The position numbers and the translations under genes were made by a program. DNA of 64,000 nucleotides, taken from positions 320,001-384,000 of the forward strand of contig CAVYXA010000001.1 in the NCBI GenBank assembly GCA_963772365.1, in the 5' to 3' direction. Source of the DNA: an uncultured Verrucomicrobiae bacterium (GTDB taxonomy: Bacteria; Verrucomicrobiota; Verrucomicrobiia; Chthoniobacterales; UBA10450). The stretch's first letter is position 1. Each line of letters starts with the position of its first letter. Shown here in pieces: positions 33,411 to 43,401 of this stretch. Below the pieces are notes generated by a model that saw only the letters and a list, made by a program, of their open reading frames with translations, did no database searches and was not told the DNA's origin.

Positions 33411-34031
33411 ATGAACAAAAAATCACTTCTTGTGATGGCCATGGTCGCGAGCGTGGCCCTGTTTGCGGTCAGCGGTTTCGCCGATACTCGCGATACTCTG
33501 TTTCTCACACCACCGAATGTTGGTCATCAACTCGGCGCAGGCGCCGGCGGTACCCGCGGCGACTATGTCACCATGACCGGGGACTTTGACCTCTTACACA
33601 TCGGCATCCAGGGCGAAATTGCCGTGGGCGCTCAGTTAACATTCAACGCCTATGTATACACCGGAGACGGCTCAACGCAGTTGGCGGTCGGCCCCGATAT
33701 GACCTTTACGGGCGATGGAACTGAGCAGTTCTACAACCTGCCGATTAACTTCACGCTCTTGAGCGGCCAGAGCTATGACATCGGTATCGATTTCCATAGC
33801 TTCAGCGACCCGAACTGGCAGGTTGAATACTACTTCTTCGACGCCAGCGGCAATCCTCCGTTCCAAGTGGGACCGTTCATGGTTACCGACGGCGAAGAGA
33901 GCCACTGCGGCTCTTGCAACATCTTCGCTCCCAACCTCGTCGTCGACAACGTTCCGGAGCCGGGTTCTTTGACGCTTCTGGGCATGGGCATTCTCAGTGT
34001 CATTGGCGTGCTGCGCCGCAAGCTGTTCTAA
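33411..34031 (+). CDS. PEP-CTERM sorting-domain surface protein
   Basis: Signal peptide; C-terminal VPEPGSLTLLGMGILSVIGVLRRKLF. Confidence 0.93.
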   Translation: MNKKSLLVMAMVASVALFAVSGFADTRDTLFLTPPNVGHQLGAGAGGTRGDYVTMTGDFDLLHIGIQGEIAVGAQLTFNAYVYTGDGSTQLAVGPDMTFTGDGTEQFYNLPINFTLLSGQSYDIGIDFHSFSDPNWQVEYYFFDASGNPPFQVGPFMVTDGEESHCGSCNIFAPNLVVDNVPEPGSLTLLGMGILSVIGVLRRKLF

Positions 34032-34148
34032 AAATCACCATCCGGTGATACATGCTCCGGCGTTTTTGTGTGCTGCGAATAGGTTGGTATTCGGACTATA
34101 TTCTGACGCGGCGCTGAAAGCGTCTGAGCTTTTGCCACGGTTGGCTCT

Positions 34149-34200
34149 GTGGCGCGAGCGCTGTGGATTGAATATGCCGGGGCGCGTTACTGTGATGAGC
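34149..34200 (+). pseudogene. Possible 5' remnant of a REP-associated tyrosine (Y1/RAYT) transposase
   Basis: GTG-ARALWIEYAGARY resembles the MARPLRIEYPGAxYH start of this family; similarity stops after about 14 codons. Confidence 0.5.
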
Positions 34201-34250
34201 CGGAGCTATGCCGTTGTTGGCGTTTCCTAGAAACGCCCTACAATTGGCCA

Positions 34251-35498
34251 ATGCCGCAACAGAGTTTCATCGAGGTTCCGCGAGATTCGCATTTTCCGTT
34301 GGAGAACCTGCCCTTCGGTGTGTTCAAGCCGCGCGATGGTGACGCGCGGATCGGTGTCGCGATTGGCGAAGAGATTGTCGATCTTTCCGTGCTCGAGGAG
34401 AAAGGCCAGCTCGAGTTTGGCCAGGATCGACATCTCTTTTCCCGAGATTCGCTGAATTTATTTCTCACGCTCGGGCGTCCGGCCTGGCGCAAAGCCCGCC
34501 AGATTATTCAACATCTGCTCGATGCGAATACATCGACACTCCGCGATGATGTCGATCTTCGTTCCCGAGTTTTTCATCGTCAGCGTGATGTCACGATGCA
34601 ATTGCCCGCGCGTATTGGCGATTACACCGATTTTTATTCTTCTTATCAGCACGCGTTCAACGTCGGGACGATGTTTCGCGGGCCCGAGAACGCGCTCATG
34701 CCAAACTGGAAATGGCTGCCGGTGGGATACCATGGACGCGCCAGTTCGATTGTCGTTAGCGGAGCGCACGTTCGGCGCCCCCAAGGGCAAATCAAACCGC
34801 CCGACGCGCCAACTCCGGTATTCGGGCCGACTAAGAGCCTCGATTTCGAACTTGAACTGGCGTTTCTGATTGGGCCCGGCAATCGGCTGGGCGAACCCGT
34901 GCCGGTCGATCGCGCGACGGATCACATCTTCGGTTTCGTCTTGATGAACGATTGGAGTGCGCGCGACATCCAGGCATGGGAATATCAACCACTCGGTCCA
35001 TTTCTGGCCAAGAATTTCTGCACCAGCATCTCGCCCTGGGTCGTAACGATGGAAGCACTCGAGCCATTTCGAAAACCGCTGCCGCCGCAGGAACCTGAGC
35101 CATTGCCCTATTTGCGCGGAAAAAACGATTTTACCTTCGACATCAATCTGGAAGCGCGCCTGCAGACCGCGAAGATGAAGGCGCCGCATACGATCACCCG
35201 TACAAACTTTCGAAATCTTTATTGGAGCATTTGCCAGCAACTCGCTCATCACACCGTGAACGGTTGCAACCTTGAGGCTGGCGATTTGCTGGCCAGTGGC
35301 ACGATCAGCGGCGCCACCGAAGAATCGCGCGGCTGCATGCTGGAGTTAACCTGGCGCGGCGCTAATCCATTGAAGCTGCCCGACGGTGAAACCCGCAAAT
35401 GGCTTGAGGATGGCGACACGCTGTCGATCACCGGCTGGTGCCAGGGGGACGGCTATCGCGTCGGCTTTGGCGAGGTAAGCGGAAAAATAGTGTCGTGA
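34251..35498 (+). CDS. fahA: Fumarylacetoacetase
   Basis: HFPLENLPFGVF, GDYTDFYSS, PVGYHGRASS, LDFELE, NDWSARDIQAWEY, GPFLAKNF. Confidence 0.96.
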   Translation: MPQQSFIEVPRDSHFPLENLPFGVFKPRDGDARIGVAIGEEIVDLSVLEEKGQLEFGQDRHLFSRDSLNLFLTLGRPAWRKARQIIQHLLDANTSTLRDDVDLRSRVFHRQRDVTMQLPARIGDYTDFYSSYQHAFNVGTMFRGPENALMPNWKWLPVGYHGRASSIVVSGAHVRRPQGQIKPPDAPTPVFGPTKSLDFELELAFLIGPGNRLGEPVPVDRATDHIFGFVLMNDWSARDIQAWEYQPLGPFLAKNFCTSISPWVVTMEALEPFRKPLPPQEPEPLPYLRGKNDFTFDINLEARLQTAKMKAPHTITRTNFRNLYWSICQQLAHHTVNGCNLEAGDLLASGTISGATEESRGCMLELTWRGANPLKLPDGETRKWLEDGDTLSITGWCQGDGYRVGFGEVSGKIVS

Positions 35499-35961
35499 CT
35501 ACGGTATCATTCCAACCGTACGCGCCGCGATCATTTCGATTCATCGAGCTGCTGAAGATCGATGATTGGCGGATGAAACTCTACGGGATCGCGTGGAAAG
35601 CCGAACTGCCGAGAAAAGAATTGATCGAAGCGGCTAAACTTATCGCCGCCGATGTTCTGGCCCGCGAGACGGCAAACAACTATAAACTCGGATTCATCGG
35701 CGCACACGATGGCCGCGGCGCTTGCTTTGTCTTTGTCGATCTTGGGGAAATGAGAACGATTTGTTTCATCGGGTGTCTCTCTCCCGCTTGGATGAGCCGC
35801 AAAAGCTGGAGCCGTGGCGGGCAGGTGATTCCTCCGTGTGCGTATGGGATTTGCGTCTGCAAAACTTCGAGCGCGAAGCCTGGATCAGACATGTGCTCAA
35901 AAAATCGGATGCGCCGGATTTCGAGGGTTATTTGAGCGAGCGATTGAATGAGGTCGCCTAA
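35495..35961 (+). pseudogene. Hypothetical protein, apparent frameshift near 35742
   Basis: WRMKLYGI...CFVFVD frame continues as WGNENDLFHRV...CVWDL...FEREAW in another frame. Confidence 0.65.
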
Positions 35962-36008
35962 GATTTCCCCTCGATCTGGCTGTGCTATGGTTCAAACCGA
36001 CAATACTA

Positions 36009-36048
<40 letters not shown>

Positions 36049-36227
36049 TCAAGAACGTGTTTTTGCGCGGGTTTTCATCGGCTTGCGCACGGTTGCAGAC
36101 GCCAGGTGATTGGCCATTTAGCATTCGCGCTGCGTTGCGCAGAATTGCGCCCGTTTACACGAAAAGGACTGGCACACCGTAGAAAACGACCGTGAAAAGA
36201 CTCATTCTCTTTTTGCCAGCATGTAGC

Positions 36228-36713
36228 TCAAGCCGGCAAATGCGTTTCTCCGTGCCTTAACTCCGCAAGCTGTTCATCGAACGTCATCGCTTTGATGTGC
36301 GCATGGATGTGCTGGTGGTCATGCTCGTGCCGAATCACCAATGCCGGGTCGCCGGACAGCGCCTGGAGTTTGTCAACGCAGACACCGAAGACCGGAACGA
36401 GCTGCACGCCTTTGATCTTGCCCGCTGCTACGGCATCTTCGATTTGGTCAATTGAAGCTTGGGCAACACGTGCGGCACTTGCAGCAAGCTCTTGTTTACG
36501 TGCGCTTATAGACTCAGCCTCGCGCGCTTCAACCGCCCGGACCGTCTCTCGCGTCACATAACACGCGCGACAGATTTTCCGCGCCGATACCCCCTCGCTT
36601 AGTAACCGCATTAGTTCCCGGTAAATGCGCGGACGTTCGCGCAAGAGACGCTCGCCAGTGTAGTTGCCCTTCGGCCTCGGCTGATTCCTCAATGAGTCGT
36701 TCTCGGCTGGCAT
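36228..36713 (-). CDS. HTH-containing hypothetical protein (possibly small-terminase-like)
   Basis: LLSEGVSARKICRACYVTRETVRAV HTH-like segment, helical middle, His-rich tail; function inferred only. Confidence 0.6.
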   Translation of the reverse strand: MPAENDSLRNQPRPKGNYTGERLLRERPRIYRELMRLLSEGVSARKICRACYVTRETVRAVEAREAESISARKQELAASAARVAQASIDQIEDAVAAGKIKGVQLVPVFGVCVDKLQALSGDPALVIRHEHDHQHIHAHIKAMTFDEQLAELRHGETHLPA

Positions 36714-36847
36714 TACGTTCGCCTGAACGTTTACGCCTTACTTTGAGCAAACGCAACAGCCTTAAATGATAGCGAATCGAAGCAAAATGTCGGCGACCAT
36801 TTTTACTCTTGAAGCGCCCCGCATGGCGACGACAAGATGATGCCATT

Positions 36848-37306
36848 ATGAATGTCGCCCGTCATTTTGCCGCAACTTGCGCGGTTGTTTGTATTGTGAG
36901 CCATGCTCTAGCTGGCGAGTTTTCCGATCGAGACGGCAATTGGTGGAACACGCGTTCGAATACAGAGAAGGCTATCTACACATTAGGAATGATCGACGGC
37001 GTCGAGACTGCTGGCGCAATGCTGACACAAAAAAGCCGAAGTGTCTCAGATGACTTCGAAAGCGATTTCGCGCGATTGTTTGTAAAGACAGAAGTCAAGC
37101 AACTAAGGGAAGGAATGGATCGCTTCTACAGTGACTTTCGCAATCGCCGCGTCCCCACTTCCGACGCTTTATGGCTGGTCGCTTTGCAGATCAGCGGCGT
37201 ACCTGAAGATGAAGTCGAGCGACTTACAGTTTCGGTAAGGCGGGCGTCGTCCGAGGCTAACGCTATTGAGTTAAAGAAGGAAAAGGAAAAACTGTCACCG
37301 CCCTGA
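36848..37306 (+). CDS. Secreted hypothetical protein (weakly Rap1a immunity-like)
   Basis: Signal peptide ending ALA; DGNWW...YTLGMIDG...MDRFY pattern. Confidence 0.65.
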   Translation: MNVARHFAATCAVVCIVSHALAGEFSDRDGNWWNTRSNTEKAIYTLGMIDGVETAGAMLTQKSRSVSDDFESDFARLFVKTEVKQLREGMDRFYSDFRNRRVPTSDALWLVALQISGVPEDEVERLTVSVRRASSEANAIELKKEKEKLSPP

Positions 37307-37361
37307 GACTGTGGCTCAGAGCTACGGCGAAGGCCAACAAATCAGTGTCCGGACGCCGCCA

Positions 37362-37811
37362 ATGAAACGTTTCTTTGTCGCGCTCATCGCCTTGCTGATT
37401 TGTTGGTGCGCAAACGTCGAGTACACCGCTTATTCGGGCAGGCAACAAGATTGGCCGGTCGCCAGGGGTTCATTTGTGCAACGCAAGTTCGATGTGCCGC
37501 TTTATTTGGGGCCGCCTGATAAACCGTACCGGGTGATTGGTTCTATTGAAACCGCAGCTCCGATAGGGATTTTCGAGAGCGGTTATAGCGAGACGCTCCG
37601 GCCAGCCGCCAGAGAAGCCCGCAGGCATGGAGCAGATGCGATCGTGTTACTGGGGCGCGAGACGAATGTAACTGGGATGCTCAGCACAAGCTCCGCGTCT
37701 GCCAGCATTCGCGCTGTTGGCAATACGGCTTCCGGCAGCGCTTGGGGTTGGGGAGCAACGACGCCAATGCGACAAGCCCGCGCCCGCGTTCTCGCTATTC
37801 AATTTTTGTAA
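37362..37811 (+). CDS. Putative lipoprotein
   Basis: MKRFFVALIALLICWCA signal; PPDKPYRVIG...EARRHGADAIV. Confidence 0.75.
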   Translation: MKRFFVALIALLICWCANVEYTAYSGRQQDWPVARGSFVQRKFDVPLYLGPPDKPYRVIGSIETAAPIGIFESGYSETLRPAAREARRHGADAIVLLGRETNVTGMLSTSSASASIRAVGNTASGSAWGWGATTPMRQARARVLAIQFL

Positions 37812-37924
37812 TCAACCGGCGGCGCTATTTTTCTCGGCGTTTGATGTTCTTCAGATACCAACGAGAAGGGAACGTTCAAAGAGGCCGGATAGCTCACGGG
37901 CAAGCGCAAAAATCGGAGCCCGTC

Positions 37925-38365
37925 TTAAGGATTGAAGTTATAGTATTTTCCACCCCATTCTCGGGGATTGTACGTCGTACCATTGGGTCCGACCCATCTG
38001 ACCGGGTGTTCGGGAGTGATTCCCATCTGTGACAAATAGCGTTGCCGTTTCACCTCCGAAGTAAACGTGATGGGCACAGTGAAGACCTTACCCTTGTATG
38101 AGACAGCAACCTTAGATGCACTTCCCGCGTACAGCTTTAAGCGCGTCTTCTCGGCAATCACAATGTCGCCTGACTTTAGATGAATCTTGGTGGGATGCGT
38201 TACAACCAGGGTGCCGTATTGCCAACCAGTCGATGGTTCTGGATCGATAAAACCGAGCGCATCGGTTTGAGCGGAGCTATTTTTCGCGGCATAATGAGAC
38301 TGAGCACCGGCTGGCGACGCTCCGACAGTCCAAAATGCGATCACAGCAAGAATAACGATGTGCAT
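37925..38365 (-). CDS. Secreted hypothetical protein
   Basis: MHIVILAVIAFWTVGASPAGA signal peptide, beta-rich mature part. Confidence 0.65.
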   Translation of the reverse strand: MHIVILAVIAFWTVGASPAGAQSHYAAKNSSAQTDALGFIDPEPSTGWQYGTLVVTHPTKIHLKSGDIVIAEKTRLKLYAGSASKVAVSYKGKVFTVPITFTSEVKRQRYLSQMGITPEHPVRWVGPNGTTYNPREWGGKYYNFNP

Positions 38366-39063
38366 GCTATCCTTGTAACGAGAAAGAGCTGAGCCAGCAA
38401 TCAATAATCGCCCCACGGTGACTGTGATTTCACCAACCAATCAAACCAGTTTTCTCGCCCGTTCCAATCGTGACCGCAGATCCTCCAGTACATGTCTTCA
38501 TGGATTTTCCTAAGATTTATTTCGTTCACCAGAACCAACGCGATTTTTGTCCACGCTTGGCGCTAGGATAAAGAAAAGCCCAGCGTAAAATACGGCTAAC
38601 GCGAAAACAGGTACGCGGACATCGTTGATCATGTTGTCGTTCATAAGAGTTCTCGTTTCGACATGGTATGAAAAGCCACTACCTACTACATCCTTCCTAT
38701 GCGACTCGGCTGGAGAAATTCTGGGTATTGCTCATCAGTTGCTATGTAATGCAGGCCGATGATCACGCTAAACGGCGGCATACTCCGCCCGTCGAGCGCT
38801 GGCTTGTCGGGTCTGCTGTTCACCACAGGAACAAAATAGAAGAGCACCGACAATCAGCGAGCTGCCTTTGTGATACGAACTCTTCGCCAAAACGCCCAAA
38901 CTAATGCCCTGCCTTAGTTCTGAAGCGAGTCCTTTTCTCGCCTGTAAAAAGCAAACTCTTTGAATCCAACGTCGGCACAGCCTTACCGTAATCAGCGCGC
39001 CAAAAAGAGCCTCAGTCCATTCCGAATCTAAAGCAGTCGCTTCGTCGAACAGAAACATCTTAT

Positions 39064-39432
39064 TCACTTCCAGACGATTGCTTTTGCTCGGTATTGAATA
39101 TCCGTAAAGCTACCGCCCTCTCCACCCCATCGGCTAAATCCGAAATGCCAACCGCCCTCCTTTGTCGCTGACTCTATGTAAACAGCATCTGCCCCATGTT
39201 TGGCGGCTTCGATTCGCATCCCTTTGACGGCTTCCGCTTCAGTCTCATACTTTCCCGCAGGCGGAGTAATGATTCCGATGACGCGATGAGCTTTCTCGGG
39301 TGGCGCTTCGAAATATTGAACATGCTCCATCGTTACAGCTGCATGCGAATTCCCTTGCGGTATCCACATCTCTGGGCCGCCGCACGAAGCGAGCATCGCG
39401 AGCGAAAGTAGGAAAACGATTTTCTTCAACAC
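39064..39432 (-). CDS. Putative lipoprotein, related to 37362-37811
   Basis: Lipobox LASC; PPEKAHRVIG...EAAKHGADAV. Confidence 0.8.
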   Translation of the reverse strand: MLKKIVFLLSLAMLASCGGPEMWIPQGNSHAAVTMEHVQYFEAPPEKAHRVIGIITPPAGKYETEAEAVKGMRIEAAKHGADAVYIESATKEGGWHFGFSRWGGEGGSFTDIQYRAKAIVWK

Positions 39433-39573
39433 GGCGCTATTGAAGCAATGTTTGCCGTTTAGATGCCAGCTTTTTCTTCCCGTTTCGTCCGTCCAGCTTC
39501 GGTGAGTGTCTGCAACGTTTGACCGCTCCCGATCTTGTCAATTGCTTCTCACCGTCGAGAATCGGCTTCGTTC

Positions 39574-39747
39574 CCGTTTCCTGTGTATAGGCACGTAAAT
39601 AGGAAACGAAACAAGACGCATGGAAACGAGCTGGAAACGAACAGAAAATGAATGGCCGTTTTCCCCAGCTAGAGAGGGAAATGAGCGGGAAACGAATGAC
39701 GCCATAATGGAAACGAAGGAACGGTAAAATTATAGTTCCTCGTTTCC
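39574..39747. repeat. GGAAACGA iteron-like cluster (putative element origin)
   Basis: GGAAACGA at 39602, 39622, 39633, 39688, 39709; inverted copies at 39740 (8/8) and 39575 (7-mer). Confidence 0.7.
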
Positions 39748-41643
39748 ATCTGCGCGCTGCACGAGCGCATAGTCCCGACCGTCTTTTTTCAGCCATCCTT
39801 CACGAAAGCCTTTGGCCGCCCATTTCGAGATTGTTCCTTTGGATACTTTCATTTCTTCGGCGAGTTGGCTGCAATCGGTCACACCATCCTCAATCCATTT
39901 CCTGAAGACCTGCAATGACTCCGCCAGCTTGTGCGAAATGCTGACTGTACCTGATGTCTCGGTCACAAAGTGCCATTCGTATGCGGGGACTTCCTCTTGC
40001 GTATTCCGGCTTGGTTTGGTGAACCGGGAGATAAACCGCGCGCCTCGCTTGTCGTCCGCGTTCTGCTTGGCATCGTCCAGCGCGATAATCCAAAACACGT
40101 TATCTTCGCGCTTGCTCGTGCCGCGCATTTCACCGGAGCGCCCGGCGTGATGCACGATGACGACCGCAATCTTTCGGCGCCGTAAGTCCAAGAGCCAGTG
40201 GTTAACTTGCTCCCAACTGTCGGCTTCGTTCTCTCTCACACCGCTGGCAAGAGTTGAAAGGTTGTCCAGGATCAACGCCTTTATCCCGCTGGTGACGCAA
40301 CGGGCCGTGATCGCTTGTTGCATTTCAGGGTTCGCGATATTGAGCACTCGGCCAGCCCGTTCAAACAAGATTTCATGATTCAAAAAGTGAAGGTTTCCAT
40401 TGCTCGCGTGTAGTCCTTCAGATCTGCCGCGCATCAGATCCGGCGGCATCTCGCCATCGATGTAGAGGACATTGACTGGCGCATGCGCCGGCCAATCCCC
40501 AAGTTTTCCACCGGTGGATAACGCCTGAGCTATGCCCAGAGCAAGCCACGTCTTGCCGACACCGCGAAAGGCGAAGATAAATCCGAGATCGCCTTCGGAG
40601 AACCAGTCGCCAAGGAGTTTCTTTCGTGGAACCAAGTTGAGATCGCGCAACTCGCTCGATGTGACGACAGACTCATTGAGCGCATCGATCCATGACTTCT
40701 CCGGCTCGAAAACGACTTCGGCGTTCTTCATGGCGGCGAGCAGGTCATCGACAGTCGCACCCGCGCGCGTCCAATCGTTAAGGTCTTTGAATTGCTGCGG
40801 CGTTTTGGGCCAAAGCACCTTTCTCTCCGCGTGTGCCGCTACATCCTTGAGCCATTCATCACCCGCGCGCTTCCCGTTCTTCAATTCGTCGTTCTGTTTC
40901 CACGCGTAAACGGTCGTCCCGGCCGGGATTAGTCCAGCCACAAGCGCACCGTTTCGCGCGCCACGAGTGACAATGACTCCGGTACGTTCGCCGGATTTGT
41001 TCATAAAGGAGAAAGCGTCAAAGTAACTCTCGAAAATATGAACGGGTTCATTTGGGAGCAATTGGCCGATGATAAGCGGGCGCACCTTTGCGCCTTGCGG
41101 ATAGTATCGCCATGATCCGTCTTTCAGGCGGTAATGAACGGCAACAACTTTGTCCACGTGATCGCGTACGGGAAATGCAATGCAGCCGTCATAAAAGCCA
41201 ACAAGCCCGTTCTCTTTCGGCCAGGAACAAAACTCGATTGAGTAGCCGCGCCCGTTCGCGAGCTGTTCAATCTGATTCTCTGTGAAAGCAAGCACGCACG
41301 CACGCCAGTCCAGCGGCGATGTCGATCTTGCTGCCGATGCTTGGTTTGGAGCCGAAAGTGCAGCGCCGTTTCCTCCAGCTAACTCCAGAAACAGCTTTGT
41401 CGCGACGTTGTTCGAAACGTTGCGATGCTTTTCCAGAAAGGTGATTTCATCGCCCTCGCCGCAACCCGAATGACATTTCCAGAACCATAGTCCGGCCCCG
41501 TTCTTCCAAACGGAAAAGGAATTGTGTTTGTCATCGTGAAACGGACAACGCGCGGATTTCTTTGCGTGTTCGCCGACTCCAAGTCGATACATTAAGGTCG
41601 GAAGCGACAGCCGTTGCTTTGCCTCGCGAATGTCCGCGCTCAT
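39730..41643 (-). CDS. Primase-helicase: CHC2 zinc finger + TOPRIM-like + AAA_25/RepA-type helicase
   Basis: CPFHDD...WKCHSGCG, KDLNDW, AFRGVGKT Walker A, LILDNL, VHHAGR, RGTS. Confidence 0.9.
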   Translation of the reverse strand: MSADIREAKQRLSLPTLMYRLGVGEHAKKSARCPFHDDKHNSFSVWKNGAGLWFWKCHSGCGEGDEITFLEKHRNVSNNVATKLFLELAGGNGAALSAPNQASAARSTSPLDWRACVLAFTENQIEQLANGRGYSIEFCSWPKENGLVGFYDGCIAFPVRDHVDKVVAVHYRLKDGSWRYYPQGAKVRPLIIGQLLPNEPVHIFESYFDAFSFMNKSGERTGVIVTRGARNGALVAGLIPAGTTVYAWKQNDELKNGKRAGDEWLKDVAAHAERKVLWPKTPQQFKDLNDWTRAGATVDDLLAAMKNAEVVFEPEKSWIDALNESVVTSSELRDLNLVPRKKLLGDWFSEGDLGFIFAFRGVGKTWLALGIAQALSTGGKLGDWPAHAPVNVLYIDGEMPPDLMRGRSEGLHASNGNLHFLNHEILFERAGRVLNIANPEMQQAITARCVTSGIKALILDNLSTLASGVRENEADSWEQVNHWLLDLRRRKIAVVIVHHAGRSGEMRGTSKREDNVFWIIALDDAKQNADDKRGARFISRFTKPSRNTQEEVPAYEWHFVTETSGTVSISHKLAESLQVFRKWIEDGVTDCSQLAEEMKVSKGTISKWAAKGFREGWLKKDGRDYALVQRADGNEEL

Positions 41644-41800
41644 TGGTTGTCGATCCTGTCTTGGAGTCGCGCTTTGACTTGTTCGATCTTCCAAAAGACG
41701 AAGCTGGACGGCGCTTGCACAAAGCTGAGCAGACGATATGCTGCCATTAGTTCAGCAGTTTTGAGCGCGGCTTGCAGGCCGCGTTCTTCTTTTGGCGCTG

Positions 41801-42097
41801 TCACGATTGACCTCCGGTCTCGCCCGCGCTCGCCTTTTGTGGGTTGTAGTCGGCAGCTCGCGCCAGGAAACGATCAACTTCGGCGCGCGGAATCAGTAAT
41901 CTTCCAGCGTCGGAAATTGGTTTGACGCGTCCCGCGTAAATCTGTCGGTAGGCGTACGTCGGCGATCTCCCGACGGCTGCGGCAAACTCCCGCGGACTGA
42001 AAGCGAGCCGCTCGTTTAGGTTAACTGCTTCTGGTTTACGCGCAGGACGCGATTGCGTCTGCGCCCGATGTGTTTCTTTTTGTTTGTCGTATTGCAT
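41801..42097 (-). CDS. Excisionase-like HTH DNA-binding protein
   Basis: AFSPREFAAAVGRSPTYAYRQIYAG...RLLIPRAEVDRFL. Confidence 0.8.
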   Translation of the reverse strand: MQYDKQKETHRAQTQSRPARKPEAVNLNERLAFSPREFAAAVGRSPTYAYRQIYAGRVKPISDAGRLLIPRAEVDRFLARAADYNPQKASAGETGGQS

Positions 42098-42138
42098 CGT
42101 CTTTTTCCAGAACGATGCGACGCGACACGGTTTAATCG

Positions 42139-43188
42139 TTACGTTCCGTCAGTTTTTTTTCGTAACTTCGTCGCATTACCCCAGACGGGCAGTCCACGTG
42201 AATTACGGTGATTGGGAACCGCCACATGCCTAACGAACTCGGCAAGAGGCGCTTTGTTTCGCTTCTCTCTATTACCAACAAACCGAAGGCCGTCCGTAAT
42301 CCAATTTCTCCGGAAGTTCGCTTCCGTTGCTTTCTCGGCCTCAGCAAATCCACGCGCGACAGCAGACTTTCTTACTTCCTCCGCACGCCAGGCATATCGA
42401 CGGAAGATTGGATAACACCACCACACCCAGCGTTCTAGTGCCGTGCAATCTTTTTCTCCTTTTTCTGCCAGCCTCGCGGCTTTCTCCAGAATGTTCGACC
42501 AGTGCCGCCGATTCCACGGCACGCCTTGCGAATCTACAGCAAGACCCCAGCCTTCCCACACGTGCGCCCCTCTGAGTTTTCGCCCTTTCCAGCCGTCAGA
42601 TTCAATTATGCGCGCGGGAAATTTCGCGAGCATCTCGGCTTGAATTGCGCACGCCCTAGCGTCTGGATCATCACCTTGCCAAGCAGCGCGATTTAGCTTA
42701 AACGCAATCCACATGCTGAGAGATTCCTGCGCCTCGATCCAGGACGCGATTGAATCGAGGAGGAAAAGAAATGATACGCAATCTCCAAGCTTGGAACGTT
42801 CGTGTTCAGGCAGCACCCAAGCGAGGCGTTCAGTAGCAGGTATCGCACACAGCGCGTTGATTTCTTCGAAGTGCAATCGACGTGGTTCGTCATAACCAAG
42901 CTGCAGCGAGCGATCAGTGACAAGCGAATAACAAAGAGACATCGTGTCGATGAGGCGATTCTTCCCTGCTAACTCGATTCGTTGCGTGAGATTCTCAATC
43001 AGTCGGCCGTTCTGAAATCGCAGTTTGTCCGGTTCTGATGTGAGGCATTCCGTTTCGAGCTGGCCCCGCAAATCGTTTATAGCGTCCCACCAGATTTGCT
43101 GACCGTACGGAAAACCAATATGCAACTTTGGCGTCGCTTTTCTACGCAACCTCCACCGACGGTTGCCGCTCACTCCTTTTTTCTTCAC
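42139..43188 (-). CDS. Hypothetical protein (Trp-rich) of the integrated element
   Basis: 349-aa ORF between integrase and xis; no motif recognised. Confidence 0.65.
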   Translation of the reverse strand: MKKKGVSGNRRWRLRRKATPKLHIGFPYGQQIWWDAINDLRGQLETECLTSEPDKLRFQNGRLIENLTQRIELAGKNRLIDTMSLCYSLVTDRSLQLGYDEPRRLHFEEINALCAIPATERLAWVLPEHERSKLGDCVSFLFLLDSIASWIEAQESLSMWIAFKLNRAAWQGDDPDARACAIQAEMLAKFPARIIESDGWKGRKLRGAHVWEGWGLAVDSQGVPWNRRHWSNILEKAARLAEKGEKDCTALERWVWWCYPIFRRYAWRAEEVRKSAVARGFAEAEKATEANFRRNWITDGLRFVGNREKRNKAPLAEFVRHVAVPNHRNSRGLPVWGNATKLRKKTDGT

Positions 43189-43401
43189 AATTTTTCCGGC
43201 TAGCCTAACCGTTTAGCGTTCGAGCCGGGGCGGAGCGTTGAGGCGGTCCCCCCCGCCGGGGCCTGCCAGGTGTCGAGGCGATTCGCACGACATGGAAGTA
43301 GGCCGGCTCTGGCGGGCGCAATCGCGGGGCCGGTTTGTGCTTCACTTTCTTGCCTGCGTAGCGCGGTGGTTCCTCTGATGCGAGTGGCTTAAGGTCGGCG
43401 C

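Noticed and set aside
39437..39796. 119-aa minus-strand ORF after the primase-helicase
   Set aside because: It overlaps the iteron cluster, and its composition reflects the repeats.
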